Source of the DNA: Octopus sinensis
Taxonomy: Eukaryota
Assembly (NCBI RefSeq): GCF_006345805.1
Contig: NC_042997.1
Location: 111,538,001 to 111,602,000, forward strand
DNA: 64,000 bases
Direction: 5' to 3'
The translations under genes were made by a program, and so were the position numbers. Below the pieces are notes generated by a model that saw only the letters and a program-made list of their open reading frames with translations, searched no databases and had not been told where the DNA came from. Shown here one piece after another: positions 51,398 to 63,117 of this stretch. Numbering within the stretch: the first letter of the stretch is position 1; every line of letters starts with the position of its first letter.

Positions 51398-52686
51398 GCA
51401 AGGGTTAGGATTGGCAATGAGTAGAGTGAAGAATTCCGAGTAGAAGTAGGGATCCACCAAGGATCAGCCCTCGGCCCCCTCTTATTCATCATAGTCCTCC
51501 AGGCAATAACAGAGGAATTCAAAACAAATTGCTCCTGGGAGCTCCTCTATGCTGATGACCTGGCCCTCATAACAGAATCACTATCAGAACTAGAGAACAA
51601 ATTTCAAGTGTGGAAGCAAGATCTAGAATCGAAGGGCCTTGGAGTCAATGTTGCAAAGACCAAAGTTCTAGTAAGAAGGAAGGCGAACACATCACACACC
51701 CCTTCAGGTAGGTGGCCCTGCTCGATCTGCAGAAAAGGTGTAGGTAGAAACTCCATACGATGTACCCATTGTAAGCTATGGATGCATAAGAGGTGCAGCA
51801 ACATCAAAGGAAGATTAATCAGGAAGATAGCTTTCGTGTGCGGCAGATGCACAGGGGCAATAGACACCATAGATACTCAGAAAGATTCCATCACACTCCA
51901 GGGGAAGAAACTAGAAGTAGTTGTTAGTTTCCACTACCTAGTTGACCAAGTTAGTAGTGGGAGTGGACGCTCAGAGAATGTCACCACTAGAATACAAATA
52001 GCCTGGGCAAAGTTTAGAAAGATTCTACCCCTACTGACTCTCGCTCAGAGTGAAAGGTAGATTGTATGATGCATGTGTGCAAACTGCCATGCTTCACGGT
52101 AGTGAAACATGGGCCATGACTGCTGAGGACATGTGTAGGCTTGAAAGAAATGAAGCCATTATGCTCTGCTGGATGTGTAATGTCAGTGTGCATACACAAC
52201 AGAGTGTAAGCACCCCAAGAGAAATGGTAGACATAAGAAGCATCAGATGTAGTGTGCAAGAGAGACGTTTGCATTGGTATGGTCATGTACTGCAGGTGGA
52301 CGAGGAGAGCTGTGTGAAGAAGTGCCACTCCCAAACAGTGGAAAAAATCCAGGAAGACATAGGATGATGTGGTGAAACATGACCTTCAAATGCTGGGCCT
52401 TACAGAGGCAATGACAAAAGACAGAGACCTTTGGAAGTATGCTGTGATTGAGAAGATCTGGCAAATAAAGTGAGTTCACAGCTGTAACCTATATTAGTGT
52501 CACATAACCAGCCCACTCAAAAGTACCTAGGATTGTAGGGTGACATGCCGTGTTTGAGGATACCTATTGAGTCAAGTACAGCAACATCAACTTCAATATC
52601 AAAATCAAATCAAATTACAATGAAATGGAAATTGTAGTAGTGGCCCGTGTCAGTGGCACGTAAAATGCACCATCCGAACGAGGCCG
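51398..52686 (+). mobile_element. RTE-clade LINE 3' half (RT end plus 3'UTR), truncated by the fold-back element
   Basis: HQGSAL..LFIIVLQAITEEF..WELLYADDLAL; WPCSICRKGVGRNSIRC; GRLYDACVQTAMLHGSETW; RRLHWYGHV. The 3'UTR runs into the gtgccggtggcacgtaaaa-gcaccatccgaacg unit shared by all 'RTE tail' copies. Confidence 0.9.
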
Positions 52687-53154
52687 TTCTTAATTTGATC
52701 TATTAAATTTATTGTGTATTCTTTCTTACTGGGAATAGGCATATCCTTCAATGATGAATTCCAATCTATTGGTTCAATCCTACCTGATAAATCGATAACC
52801 GACATGTGTCAGAAATATTAAAGGTGTAGCCGATAGTATAATACAATATTTATGAACATTAAAAAAAAAAACTTAGGAAATAATAATTATTCCATGTGTC
52901 AGAAATATTAAAGGTGTAGCCGATAGATAGTATAATACAATATTTATGAACATTTAAAAAAAAACTTAGGGAATAATAATTATTCCAGGTTATCAGGATA
53001 TTTACTATTTTACACTTTACTACTGCAAAACAAACAGTATCAATTATAATATATCAGGTAGGATTGAACCAATAGACTGGAATTCATCATTGAAGGATAT
53101 ACCTATTCCCAGCAAGAGAGAAGACACAATAAATTGAATAGATCAAATTAAGAA
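52687..53154. mobile_element. Unclassified fold-back element/MITE with ~103-bp TIRs
   Basis: 52687-52789 is a near-perfect reverse complement of 53052-53154. Internal ~90-bp tandem duplication (catgtgtcagaaatatt...taattattc x2). Confidence 0.75.
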
Positions 53155-55594
53155 TTATTTTAAATAGAATAAAATGGAAGGCATACTTCCATGATAACAA
53201 TAATTATTATTTAAAATATAAATAATTTTTAATTAATTCTAATGTACTTTATTTTATTGTATGATATAGTAGGCTTTAAAATGCTTATATTATTAGATTA
53301 GTATTTTGGATATACCTTTCTATGTGTACTCTATAAAATAAGGTTGTCCTGAAACTGAAGTTGTGGTCCTTTTGGTAAAATCCCAAATTTGTAATATATA
53401 TACACACACACACACACATATGTATGTATATCGTTGCTATCATGCAAAAGTGTCCTAAGTTCAAAACGTTGCTTTTCAGAAAATGAAAAAATAGTTTCAC
53501 CATTCCATAGCAAAACCGTTGTACTACACTTTGACCATTTTTGATATGTTGGCATCTGAAATAGCTGGAGATACGATAGTTTGACCAAAAGAACTGGCTA
53601 TTGCAAGCAAAAATATTGGAAAAAAAAAATGCATTTGGTCAACAAGCTTTTTTTCTAGTCAGTCGCCATGCTTGGCCACTAAATCCACAAGTTTTTTTTT
53701 ATTCCCTCTATTTATTTTCTCTTATTCCTTTCTGTTGAAGAGCATAGGCTCGAAATGTAAAAGACTTTTCCACTTTCCAAGCATCAAACTAATACACTTG
53801 CTTGTAGTTCGTACATCTGTCTTCATCTTTCGTTTTTCTACAAATTTCAACTATATATATATATATATATATATACAAGACAGATATACGATATAAAATG
53901 CATGGGTGTGATTGTGTGTTTGTGTGTGTCCCTATTTTGACCTGAAGTGACAATTGTAAATAAGTTGTTCCTTTAAAGGATTGTGTATAAAAAATCATTT
54001 AATGCCTGGTTCATTCATGCATGGAAAAGCGGACATTAAAAACGATGATAGAACATAACGAGGTGTTGTTAATGCGTGTAGAAGAAATAAAAGAAATAAT
54101 GCGTGTAGAAGAACGGATCACAGACACAGATCCAGGAATGTAATTAAGTGTAATTAGGGATAATTTTAGGCTTAGAAAAGAAATGATGATCAATCAAGGA
54201 AATATATGAGAGGAGACAGAAATGTTAATCCATACGGATAATGGAGAGATAAGAGATCCTTGATGATGATAGCAATGATGATGGTGGTGGAAATGATAAT
54301 GATGATGAAGGTGGTGATGGTCATGATGAGGGTGGTGGTTGTGATGATGATGACAGTTCAGGCTTTGTCTGGACATAATAACCAGACTGATAACTAAATT
54401 AGAAAGATTAGCCAGACAGTCAATATGTTGGGTCTTTCAGTTATCCTCATTGAGAAGCTTTTAAAGACCAGCTGGAAATTACAACACTTCCAAATGTAAG
54501 GCTTAGGAATTCATATTGCTTTGAATTAATTCTGTTTTTTTTAATTTGTGGCTTTGAGGTGTTGATGATGTGATTGTTTATTTTTAGGATGACATTGTAA
54601 GGTAGGTGTGAGAGGCCAGATCTGACCACTTTGAATGCAAAACAGGTAGAGTATTTGGGCTGGAAAAGGTTGGTTTAAATATTAAAGGGTTAAGATGTGG
54701 AAGTCTCCAAAATACAACATCTGGTACAGCCTACCCTACAATGAGCAACAACAATAGAAATGGGTCTTCTCTACCAAGTTACTTGCTGACCCCACTGCTA
54801 CCAATACCACATCAAAAGCACCTCTGCTATTGCCACATGAAAAGCCCTTGTACACACTGGGAAGTATATATCGGCATCATTAGCGGTATTAATATTGGGA
54901 GTTAATATTTATCCCCACTTAAACATGGATGTTCGTTACACCATACTATACCATGGCAGAGTTTCTCTCGTGGTATCTACTGCAGTATATTTTGTTCCAA
55001 CAGAACATCCACATTTAAGTCATCATCATAATGATGCTGATATATACTTCCCAGTGTGTACAGGGGCTTTTCATGTGGCAATAGCAGAGGTGCTTTTGAT
55101 GTGGTATTGGTAGCAGTGGGGTCAGCAAGTAACTTGGTTGAGAGAAGACCCATTTCTATTGTTGTTGCTCATTTAATGTCTGTTTTCCATGCTGGCATGG
55201 GATGGATAGTTTGACAGAGCCTGGTGCAGCCTCCTGGCTTCCCAGACCCCGGTTGAATCATCCAACCCATGCTAGCATGGAAAACGGATATTAAACAATG
55301 ATGATGATGAGATGGCTAGGCAGGAGCCTGCGCCAGGCTTCCCTGTCTGTTTAGGTAGGGTTTTTACAGCTGGATGCCCTTTCTAATACCAACCACCTTA
55401 CAGAGTGGACTAAAGTGGAGATAAATGTTAACTCTGTAAAGTAGTTGGCATCAGGAAGGGTATTCAGTCACAGAAACCATCCCAAAACAGACAATTGGAG
55501 CTTGGTGTGGCTCTCTGGCTAGCCAGCTCCGGTCAACCTGTCCAACACATGCTTGCATGAAAAATGAATGTTAAATGATGATGATGGTGAGCAG

Positions 55595-55877
55595 TCTGAT
55601 GTATGAACCAGAAAAGGTGATTTTGAAGATCCTTCTTTACAGTCCCTGACTCAGCTTTATAAAGAAGAATGCTATCTACATGTGCCCAGAAAAAAGGTCA
55701 TCTTTGTTGACCATCAAGGCTTTGTAAAACTGTGAGAGGGAATGGAGACGCCAGCTCGGATAATTAAATATATGAAGAACTACAAGCTTGAGATAATGAT
55801 TGTTGGTGCCAGAGAATTTGCAGACAAGTATATCAGAAAATTCTGTCTTATTTTAGGAGAAGCCAATCAACATCAAG
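55595..55877 (+). pseudogene. Unidentified decayed coding-like segment (~94 codons, two TGA stops)
   Basis: SDV*TRKGDFEDPSLQSLTQLYKEECYLHVPRKKVIFVDHQGFVKL*EGMETPARIIKYMKNYKLEIMIVGAREFADKYIRKFCLILGEANQHQ, bounded by cag| and G|gtatga. Confidence 0.3.
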
Positions 55878-56949
55878 GTATGATTTTTAACCGTTCTTTA
55901 CCAGAACTCTGTTGAAACACCCAGGTTTTGTTTCAGTTCATCTTTAAAATAACAAAGAATAATTTCATAATTGCAATTATTAAGTTGGTGCTTAGAACAT
56001 AAAATAAGGCGAAATTTTGATAGGTTTTTAATTAAGATCACTTTAACCCTTTTGTTTCTCTTCTCTTCTCTTCTTCACACTTCCTCTTCACACACTATGA
56101 TTATCTCCCACTCCCCAATCCAGTCCTCACTACCCTGCTCACTGTATTGGTGCTTCTCCATCCTCTCCCCCACTATATACCCAGATTCTCACCAGTCACC
56201 ACATTCCCCACCCCCACTCCCAACTCCTTAGCGATACCCTGCCACCATTCATCTATCTCTTCCTTCCTCTACCATCCCATCTAGACCCAGATTCCCTGTT
56301 CTTTGCAAGTATGCCCTGGCACTTGCCACCCTCTTCTGCCCTTCATGTCTCCTACTCTCTCTCTCTCTCTCTCTCTTTCCCTGTTCTCCCCTCTGGCTAA
56401 GTAATCATGTATCTCCTCTACAGCAACTAACCTGTTCCTGTCCTCCCTCATTCTTGGTCACTCTCTCTCCCCCTCCTTCTCTTGCTCATAGACCTCCTGT
56501 ACAGTGGCACACCTCTTTTTCCCACTCTCTCTAGGTAACCATGTCCCTCCTCTTCAGCAGCACACCTGTTCCTGCCCTTATTCTTCTTAAGTCTCACTCT
56601 CTCTGTCTGGGTAACCAGGGACCTCCACTGCAGCAAGACATCTGTTTCTGCCTTGGCCACACTAATCTTTCATCATCTGACACAAGATCACCCCCTCCAA
56701 TGCCTGCTCACCTCTCAAAGACTCCTTGTCTTACAAAGTTACTTTGCAAAATGAACAGGTGCTACCTAACAAAGGCACTGAGTCCACACTGTAAAGTTGT
56801 TGGCATTGAGAAGGGCATCCTGCTTACAGCTGTTTCCACTACAAGGTGCAGTGGACTCCTAGTTGAGCGCGTAACATCTTACAGCTTCATCAGAGCCTCA
56901 AACATGATGTCTAATGTATATACATATATATTGTTTTTCTGTTCAGTTA

Positions 56950-57358
56950 TGATAACTCTTACTTGTTTCAGTCATTTGATTGTGGCCATGCTGGAGTACC
57001 ACCTTTTGTTGAACAAATCGACACCAGGACTTATTGCTTGTAAGCCTAGTACTTATTCTATCAGTCTCTTTTGCCGAACCGCTAAGTTATGGGGATGTAA
57101 ACACACTACCATCAGTTGTCAAGCGATATTGGGGTGACAAACACAGACACACAAACATACACGCACACACACACATATACATACATATATATATACGACA
57201 GGCTTCTTTCAGTTTCCGTCTACCAAATCCACTCACAAGGCTTTGGTTGGCCCGAGGCTATAATAGAAGACACCTGCCTAAGGTGCCATGTAGTGGGACT
57301 GAACCCAGAACCATATGATTCGTAAGCAAGCTACTTACCACACAGCCACTCCTACGCC
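56950..57358 (-). mobile_element. SINE family A (tRNA-derived head, internal TA/TG microsatellite), full-length example; >20 whole or half copies in the window
   Basis: Head ggagtggctgtgtggtaagtagcttgc..ggttcagtcccac (A/B-box-like), then gcaccttgggcaagtgtcttctac. Other copies: ~590-745(-), 4680-4930, 6600-6850, 9720-10060, 10450-10660, 11705-11875, 14540-14745, 15345-15975, 16520-16740(-), 17640-17850, 19470-19945(-), 21855-22018(-), 38030-38230(-), 50935-51080, 57470-57970, 58980-59130(-), 63620-63880(-). Octopus tRNA SINEs named OK/OR1/OR2 are known, but I cannot assign which one this is. Confidence 0.85.
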
Positions 57359-58254
57359 TATAAAGTCAATTTTACATTAATCCGGTGGGTTCCTCTATGC
57401 TTTTCTAGAATACAAGCTTATCATTTTTGAACAAGAATATTATTGACAGTGACTTTGAAGTTTCAGTCACCTTGGACAAGAGTCTTCTACTATAGCCTCA
57501 GGCTGACCAAAGCCTTGCAAGTGGATTTGGTAGATGGAAACTGAAAGAAGCCCATTGTGTATGTGTGTGTATTTGCGTCAGTGTTTGTTCCCCACCCCAC
57601 CACCACCAACCAACCATCGCCTGACAACCAATGCTGGTGTGTTTATGTCTCCGTAACTTAGCAGTTCAGCAAAAGAGCCCGATAGACTAAGTACCAGGCT
57701 TACAAAGAATAAGTCCGGTGGTTGATCTTTTTGACTAAAAGGCAGTGCTCCAGCATAGCTGCAGTCAAATGACTGAAACACATAAAAGAATAAAAGAATG
57801 AATATATAACTGATGGGCTTCTTTCAGTTTCCGTCTGTTAAATCGATTCACAAAGCTGTGATTAGCCCAAGGCTGTAGCAGAAGACACTTGCCCAAGGTG
57901 CGGTGGGACTGAACCTGGAACCACATGGTTGGAAAACAAGCCTCTTAACTACACAGCCATCCCTGCACCTATACAGCCAAATGTTGAGACATTTGAAGAG
58001 AAAGCGGAAACCAGACATTAAGTGATGTTGACAGATAGACATCGGATGGAGAAAAAAATGTGAAAGACTGGTAAATCTCTTTCAAATCTGGTTTGAACAG
58101 TAAATCTATAGAAACAGAAAAAGATGGCGGAATCTAATAACAGATGTTTATGGAATCGATTAGACATTTAGATAGTATTAGTAGTGGTGGTGGTAATGTT
58201 TAATAGATTAAGATGGGGGTGGGGGTTGGTGAGAGTACAGAGAGGGGGGAAGCT

Positions 58255-58867
58255 GATGGAGAGCAGAGAGATGGAGCAGAGGGAAAAAGAGAGAGAGAGA
58301 GCAGGGGGAAAAAGAGAGAGAGAGAGCAGGGGGAAAAAGAGAGAGAGGGAGCAGGGGGAAAAAGAGAGAGAGGGAGCAGGGGGAAAAAGAGAGAGAGGGA
58401 GCAGGGGGAAAAGAGAGAGAGGGAGCAGGGGGAAAGAGAGAGGGAGCAGAGGGAAAAGAGAGAGAGAGAGAGCAGGGGGAAAAAGAGAGAGAGAGAGAGC
58501 AGGGGGAAAAAGAGAGAGAGAGAGCAGGGGGAAAAAGAGAGAGAGGGAGCAGGGGAAAAAGAGAGAGAGGGAGCAGGGGGAAAAAGAGAGAGAGGGAGCA
58601 GGGGGAAAAAGAGAGAGAGGGAGCAGGGGAAAAAGAGAGAGAGGGAGCAGGGGGAAAAGAGAGAGAGGGAGCAGGGGGAAAAAGAGAGAGAGGGAGCAGG
58701 GGGAAAAACAGAGAGAGGGAGCAGGGGGAAAAAGAGAGGGAGGGAGCAGGGGGAAAAAGAGAGGGAGCAGGGGGAAAAAGAGAGAGGGAGCAGAGGGAAA
58801 AAGAGAGAGGGAGCAGAGGGAAAAAGAGAGAGTGAGCAGGGGAAAAAGAGAGAGAGGGAGCAGAGCA

Positions 58868-58915
<48 letters not shown>
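58255..58915. repeat. Polypurine minisatellite (gagcagggggaaaaagagagagagg)n ending in (GA)n
   Basis: ~24-27-bp units, almost entirely purines on the + strand. Confidence 0.95.
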
Positions 58916-58917
<2 letters not shown>

Positions 58918-59314
58918 GATAGGGAGCTGAGGCTCAGGGCTATGAATGCATGCACCATCTCTCATACATACATGTACAAACATATGGGCTTCTTTTAGTT
59001 TCCATCAACCTACTCCACTCACAAGGCTTTGGGAAGCCCAGGGCTATGGTCCAGAGCATTTGCCCAATGTATCGTACAATGGGACTGGACCGAAAACCAT
59101 GTGGCTGGGAAGCAAACATCTTAACCATACCTGAGATAATCCCAACAGTTTGGCAGTTGAGGGGAAAAATTATTACAAAGACTCTTAAAAAGGCAACAAC
59201 ACTAATTACAGCTAATTACATTCATTAGTAAGGTGTTACTTTCTTTTAAATATTTGATGAAGTATTATTTTAAAGAGGTTTCTGAAAGTTTAAGAGAGCT
59301 TGTTTTGTCTATTC

Positions 59315-59635
59315 CCATCCTCATTGCTAAGGATCAGGGACCGCGAATGGATGCACCACTCTCCAAATGACTCCTGCCACTGACCAAGTCTTTTAGTCCA
59401 TTCTTCGATGTCATCCAACCAGTGTTTCCTTCTTGATCTCTTCTACCTCATTTCCCCATTGACCCAACCTCCACGATATGGGTGTCAATGTTTTGGCCCC
59501 TGATGACATGCCCCACAATACATCAGCTTAAGCTTCCTGATATTTGCCAAGAGTTCTCTTTCCATTCCCATTTCTCTGAGTCCTGACTCATTTGTTCAAT
59601 GGTCAGTCCAGCTGATCCTCACTACTCTTCAGTAG
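59315..59635 (-). mobile_element. Second RTE-type LINE C-terminal fragment (degraded)
   Basis: RELLANIRKLKL.Y.G.....G...R.RSRRKHWLDDIEEWT resembles RTE C-termini (KL.YFGH...RGR.RKRWLDDI). Confidence 0.55.
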
Positions 59636-59941
59636 TAAGTTATTTCAAACTAGTATACCCATGTCATCAAAAATGCCAACAGTTTTATTAATGATAGAAA
59701 ATGGCACATCAACACAATGGAGAAAACCTTTAATAAATGTCAGCAATCTATCAAATATATGTACGTGCACAGAAATGAGGCACTTAAAAGAATTAGATAC
59801 AATTGTAACTTCTCTGTTGAAAATATCACCCACATAATGTGTGTGTGTAACATATACTGTTCCGTGATAGAAATTCAACAAAAAAAGTTATTCAATCTGG
59901 TGAGAGATAAATATTATTTAAAGGACTCAATACGTCTTTAA

Positions 59942-59996
59942 GTGCTACTAATAGTTTCATATGTTGAGAAATATCTCAAACATATTCATCAGACAT
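59942..59996 (-). ncRNA. Type-I hammerhead ribozyme motif at the Naiad 3' end
   Basis: UGU-CUGAUGA-[AUAUGUU u GAG auauuu CUC AACAUAU]-GAAA-CU auu AG-UA|GCA: intact core, GUA cleavage triplet, short stem I. Confidence 0.6.
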
Positions 59997-61152
59997 AAAA
60001 CCACTTATAACGAACTAAATAAATTGAATAAGAGAAGAAATGTGAAGAAACTGAGAAGGCAGGAAAGAGAAAAGACAGAAGTTTAAAGAAATGGAAAATT
60101 AAAAACAGAAAACAACACAAAAACTAAAATGTAAAAAGGTAAAAGAGTTATCTCCCTTAGACTTTAAATTATAAAGCTGGATAACAAGTTAATCAGGAAT
60201 AGGCAGAATTTTTCCATTCTTCAAAATATATTTATATATATGCTTGCAACTGCTGAAAATTTCAGACCTAGAGTTCAGTAAAGAGTTAGGGATCTTAGAT
60301 CTGAATAGGATCTGCGCTCTTTCAGCTAAAGAAAGGCTACATTTATTCGATCCATTAAGATAAGGTATAGATTTCTTAATTATTTTCCACTTGATCATAT
60401 GGTGTTTCGTTATTTTTCAAACTTCATACATAGCTAGCCAATTTAGTAGCTTTGCTTTTGTCCTTATGTCAGAAGGAGGCTATGTGATTGGCATAGCGAC
60501 TTTTAAATTCTCTTTCACATAATCCAATAAAGGGCTTCTTATCTGTTATATTGTTATTATTCAAGGTTGCAGTAACTTCTGCTTCAGATATGACAGATTT
60601 AATCATACATCATTGGTCAAGTGGACAAGATCCTGTGTTGCAACAGTTACAACGGGATTTAGGCTCTTGGTTATTGATGACGTGTAATGATACTCTTCAT
60701 ATTGGGGTAGCAGCTATATAATTTCACAGAACACCTTTAAAATATTTTCCAGCATCCGTGAGTTGCTGAAAAGTGTTTCTCTAGGAGAGACAGGAATCTT
60801 TTACTGATGTTAGTTTTTATATTATGGGAAAAGGGAGGGGTAAACCAAATAATTTTCCTTGTCCTGTATTTAGGTCTCCTATTATCATTATTCTGATTAA
60901 TATTAGAGGGATTATTTATTAATTTATCTTTGAAGCCACTATTGGCTAGGGCATTGTTATGATAGGGGGTTGCTTTCTCAAAACTTTCTTCAAAGGAAGA
61001 GGGGTTAGACACACTATCACTAATGTTAGCTATGAGGTTTTTAAATATTTCAGGAGGGTGACAAGACTGTTTATGTATAAATGCCAGTTTTTCATTAGGC
61101 TTATGGAAACGCTTGTACAAGGAGGAGTTCAGGTCTAGGGAAACATCTAAAT

Positions 61153-61710
61153 CAGGGGTTGGGGAACTTTTTTAACCAAATACCCCAAAATATATTTATG
61201 CCGACGTTACCCCTTTGATTTGAAAGGGAGAAAATCAGATTCTTTGAATTCAGAATGTTTATTGAATCTATTTATATGGAGAATACAATAAAAAATATAA
61301 AAAGTAGAAAACAAATGTAATAAAATATATTAATATCCTCATTATGAAACAAAGGGATTTCTCTAGAAACTTTTTCACTTGAGGTTTTGGAGAAATGTTT
61401 CATTTTTGTTACAATTACATCAAAATTGGGGCATTTTGATGCCAGAGAAATTTTGATGCAGTTTTCAGGGTCCGATTGATTATTCTTTGTTTTTAAGTTC
61501 ATTAGAGTGGAAACTCCTTGTTTACAAAGGTAGGTTGTTGTAAAGGGCAGCAACATTTTAACTGCCTCCCCATGCCACAAGAAAAATCTCTCATAACAAG
61601 GAACACATTTTTTTAATATAATTTTACTTATGTTTAACAAGTCCTCATTACCCCCAAGAATTTCATTTTTACCCCACTTGGGATAATTTACCCCATTTTG
61701 CTGACCCCCG
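61153..61710 (-). mobile_element. hAT (Buster/Charlie-like) deletion derivative nested in the Naiad element
   Basis: Termini caggggttggggaac / ttttgctgacccccg. Encodes LLPFTTTYLCKQGVSTLMNLKTKN, the hAT C-terminal dimerisation motif (L.PF.TTYLCE.GFS.L..IKTK). Flanks atctaaat/atctatta are only a partial TSD. Confidence 0.75.
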
Positions 61711-61960
61711 ATCTATTAGTGATTAAAGGTAAAAATTAGTAGCTTCTTAAATCTATCATGGGTGTAACCATCACACCCATAGGAAATACCCAAACCATCG
61801 TCTTGGTATAGACCAATGTCATAAGACGGGTACTTAGATCTCAATGTGTTTAACAAACAAACCCACAAGATTACAGACGTCAGCACTATCAGATGACCTC
61901 ATACATACATCAACTAGTTTGTCACTATATGACTTTTTTTTAAACTCATGCTAGTCCTTT

Positions 61961-62153
61961 CCTTATTTCTTTATTACCCACAGGGGACTAAACATAGAGG
62001 GGACAAACAAGGACAGACAAACAGATTAAGTCGATTAGATCGACCCCAGAGCATAACTGGTACTTAATTTATCAAACCCGAAAGTATGAAAGGCAAAGTC
62101 AACCTCGGCGGAATTTGAACTCAGAACGTAGCGGCAGACGAAATATCGCTAAG
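61961..62153 (-). mobile_element. 5'-truncated SINE-B insertion with a 14-bp TSD, inside the Naiad RT
   Basis: catgctagtccttt is duplicated at 61947-61960 and 62154-62167. Confidence 0.9.
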
Positions 62154-62879
62154 CATGCTAGTCCTTTACAGAACAGTAGTGCTTACCTTGCATGGCTGAT
62201 AAAATCTAGGTCTACAGGGTCAATATCAACATGTAATTTAGCAAATTCAAAGGCTTTATCAAGCAGCGATCTAGATATACAGGGACAAGAATTGATAATG
62301 TCAAACTGGGTAAATTTAGCCTTATTCTTGTTCTTAATGTTCTTAAACCAATCTATTACAGTGAAACTATTTATTCCATTGTAGGAACCCAGGAATTTCT
62401 CTAATTTTCTTGTTAAATGTTTCTAAGTATTTTTTTTAGCTACTTGCTCAATTTTAGATCTCGCTGGATTTAGCAATCAACAAGTTGGATTATCATGAAA
62501 ATTAGGTTTATGGTTTTATATAGTATTAAACGCCTCTCTCATAGCTAAGGATTCTAATCTATCATCAATGTGACTATGGTTAGTGAGAAATTAAGCCATC
62601 TCTCTCTGTCAGATTTCTTATATTTAGTGGAAATGATGCCTTTTAGCAACTTGTCATATAAACCATTTGTAATTTCATATAGGTTATTAGTCTTATCAGA
62701 AAATAAAAACTTCTTTTAAGAACTTTTTTACAGATTTTAATATCAGATTCCATTTTAGTTTGAAAGGAGTTACATTACTTACAGAATCTAATACTGGTAA
62801 TTAAATTAAGGAGATCTGACTCAAAAGGGATTAATTCTTTAACAGCAAAATAGTACTTACAGGTCTTTAAAGCATAACG

Positions 62880-63063
62880 TTCTGTATACGAGGGAGATCG
62901 TCAGCATATAGCAGACCCCCATGAACATCCAATTATGAACTCCTCTGTTATGGCCTGGAGAACTATGATGAAGAAGAATGGACTAAGAACTGATACTGGT
63001 TGAGCTCCAGCTTGTATACTAAATCCATCACTGTATTCAAGGCCGACGCTCACCTTACTGACA

Positions 63064-63066
<3 letters not shown>
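62880..63066 (-). mobile_element. RTE LINE RT fragment
   Basis: AVSKVSVG..YSDGF..VLSPFFFIIVLQAITEEF..GLLYADDL; same family as the 16.7-kb and 51.4-kb copies. Confidence 0.75.

Positions 63067-63117
<51 letters not shown>

Larger units (their letters stand above)
59940..62875 (-). mobile_element. Penelope-like element, Naiad-type, degraded and interrupted by a hAT derivative and a SINE
   Basis: SDKTNNLYE..YDKLL; HKPNFHDNPTC.LLNPARS; WFKNIK..FTQFDI; GLYQDDGLG; LDVSLDL..YKRFHKPN..HPP; RKIIWFTPPFS; RCNC..CPLD..C; FIGLCEREFKSRYANH; KWKIIK..LLNSRSE..CKH, i.e. a C-terminal GIY-YIG of the Naiad pattern. Many stops and frameshifts. Confidence 0.88.

Noticed and set aside
58168-58998. R/E/G/K-rich and S/L/F/P-rich ORFs of ~250 aa
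   Set aside because: Translation of a polypurine minisatellite.
59645-59941. Coding-like + strand stretch next to the Naiad hammerhead (YTHVIKNANSF...)
   Set aside because: Could be an inverted PLE N-terminal fragment, but I recognise no motif; insufficient support.
60189-62600. In-frame TGA codons in the Naiad ORF as selenocysteine (reported for some Naiads)
   Set aside because: The TGAs I checked fall at non-Cys positions (CPLDQ*C, F*H, V*S), consistent with CGA/TGG decay; the conserved Cys codons are TGT/TGC.
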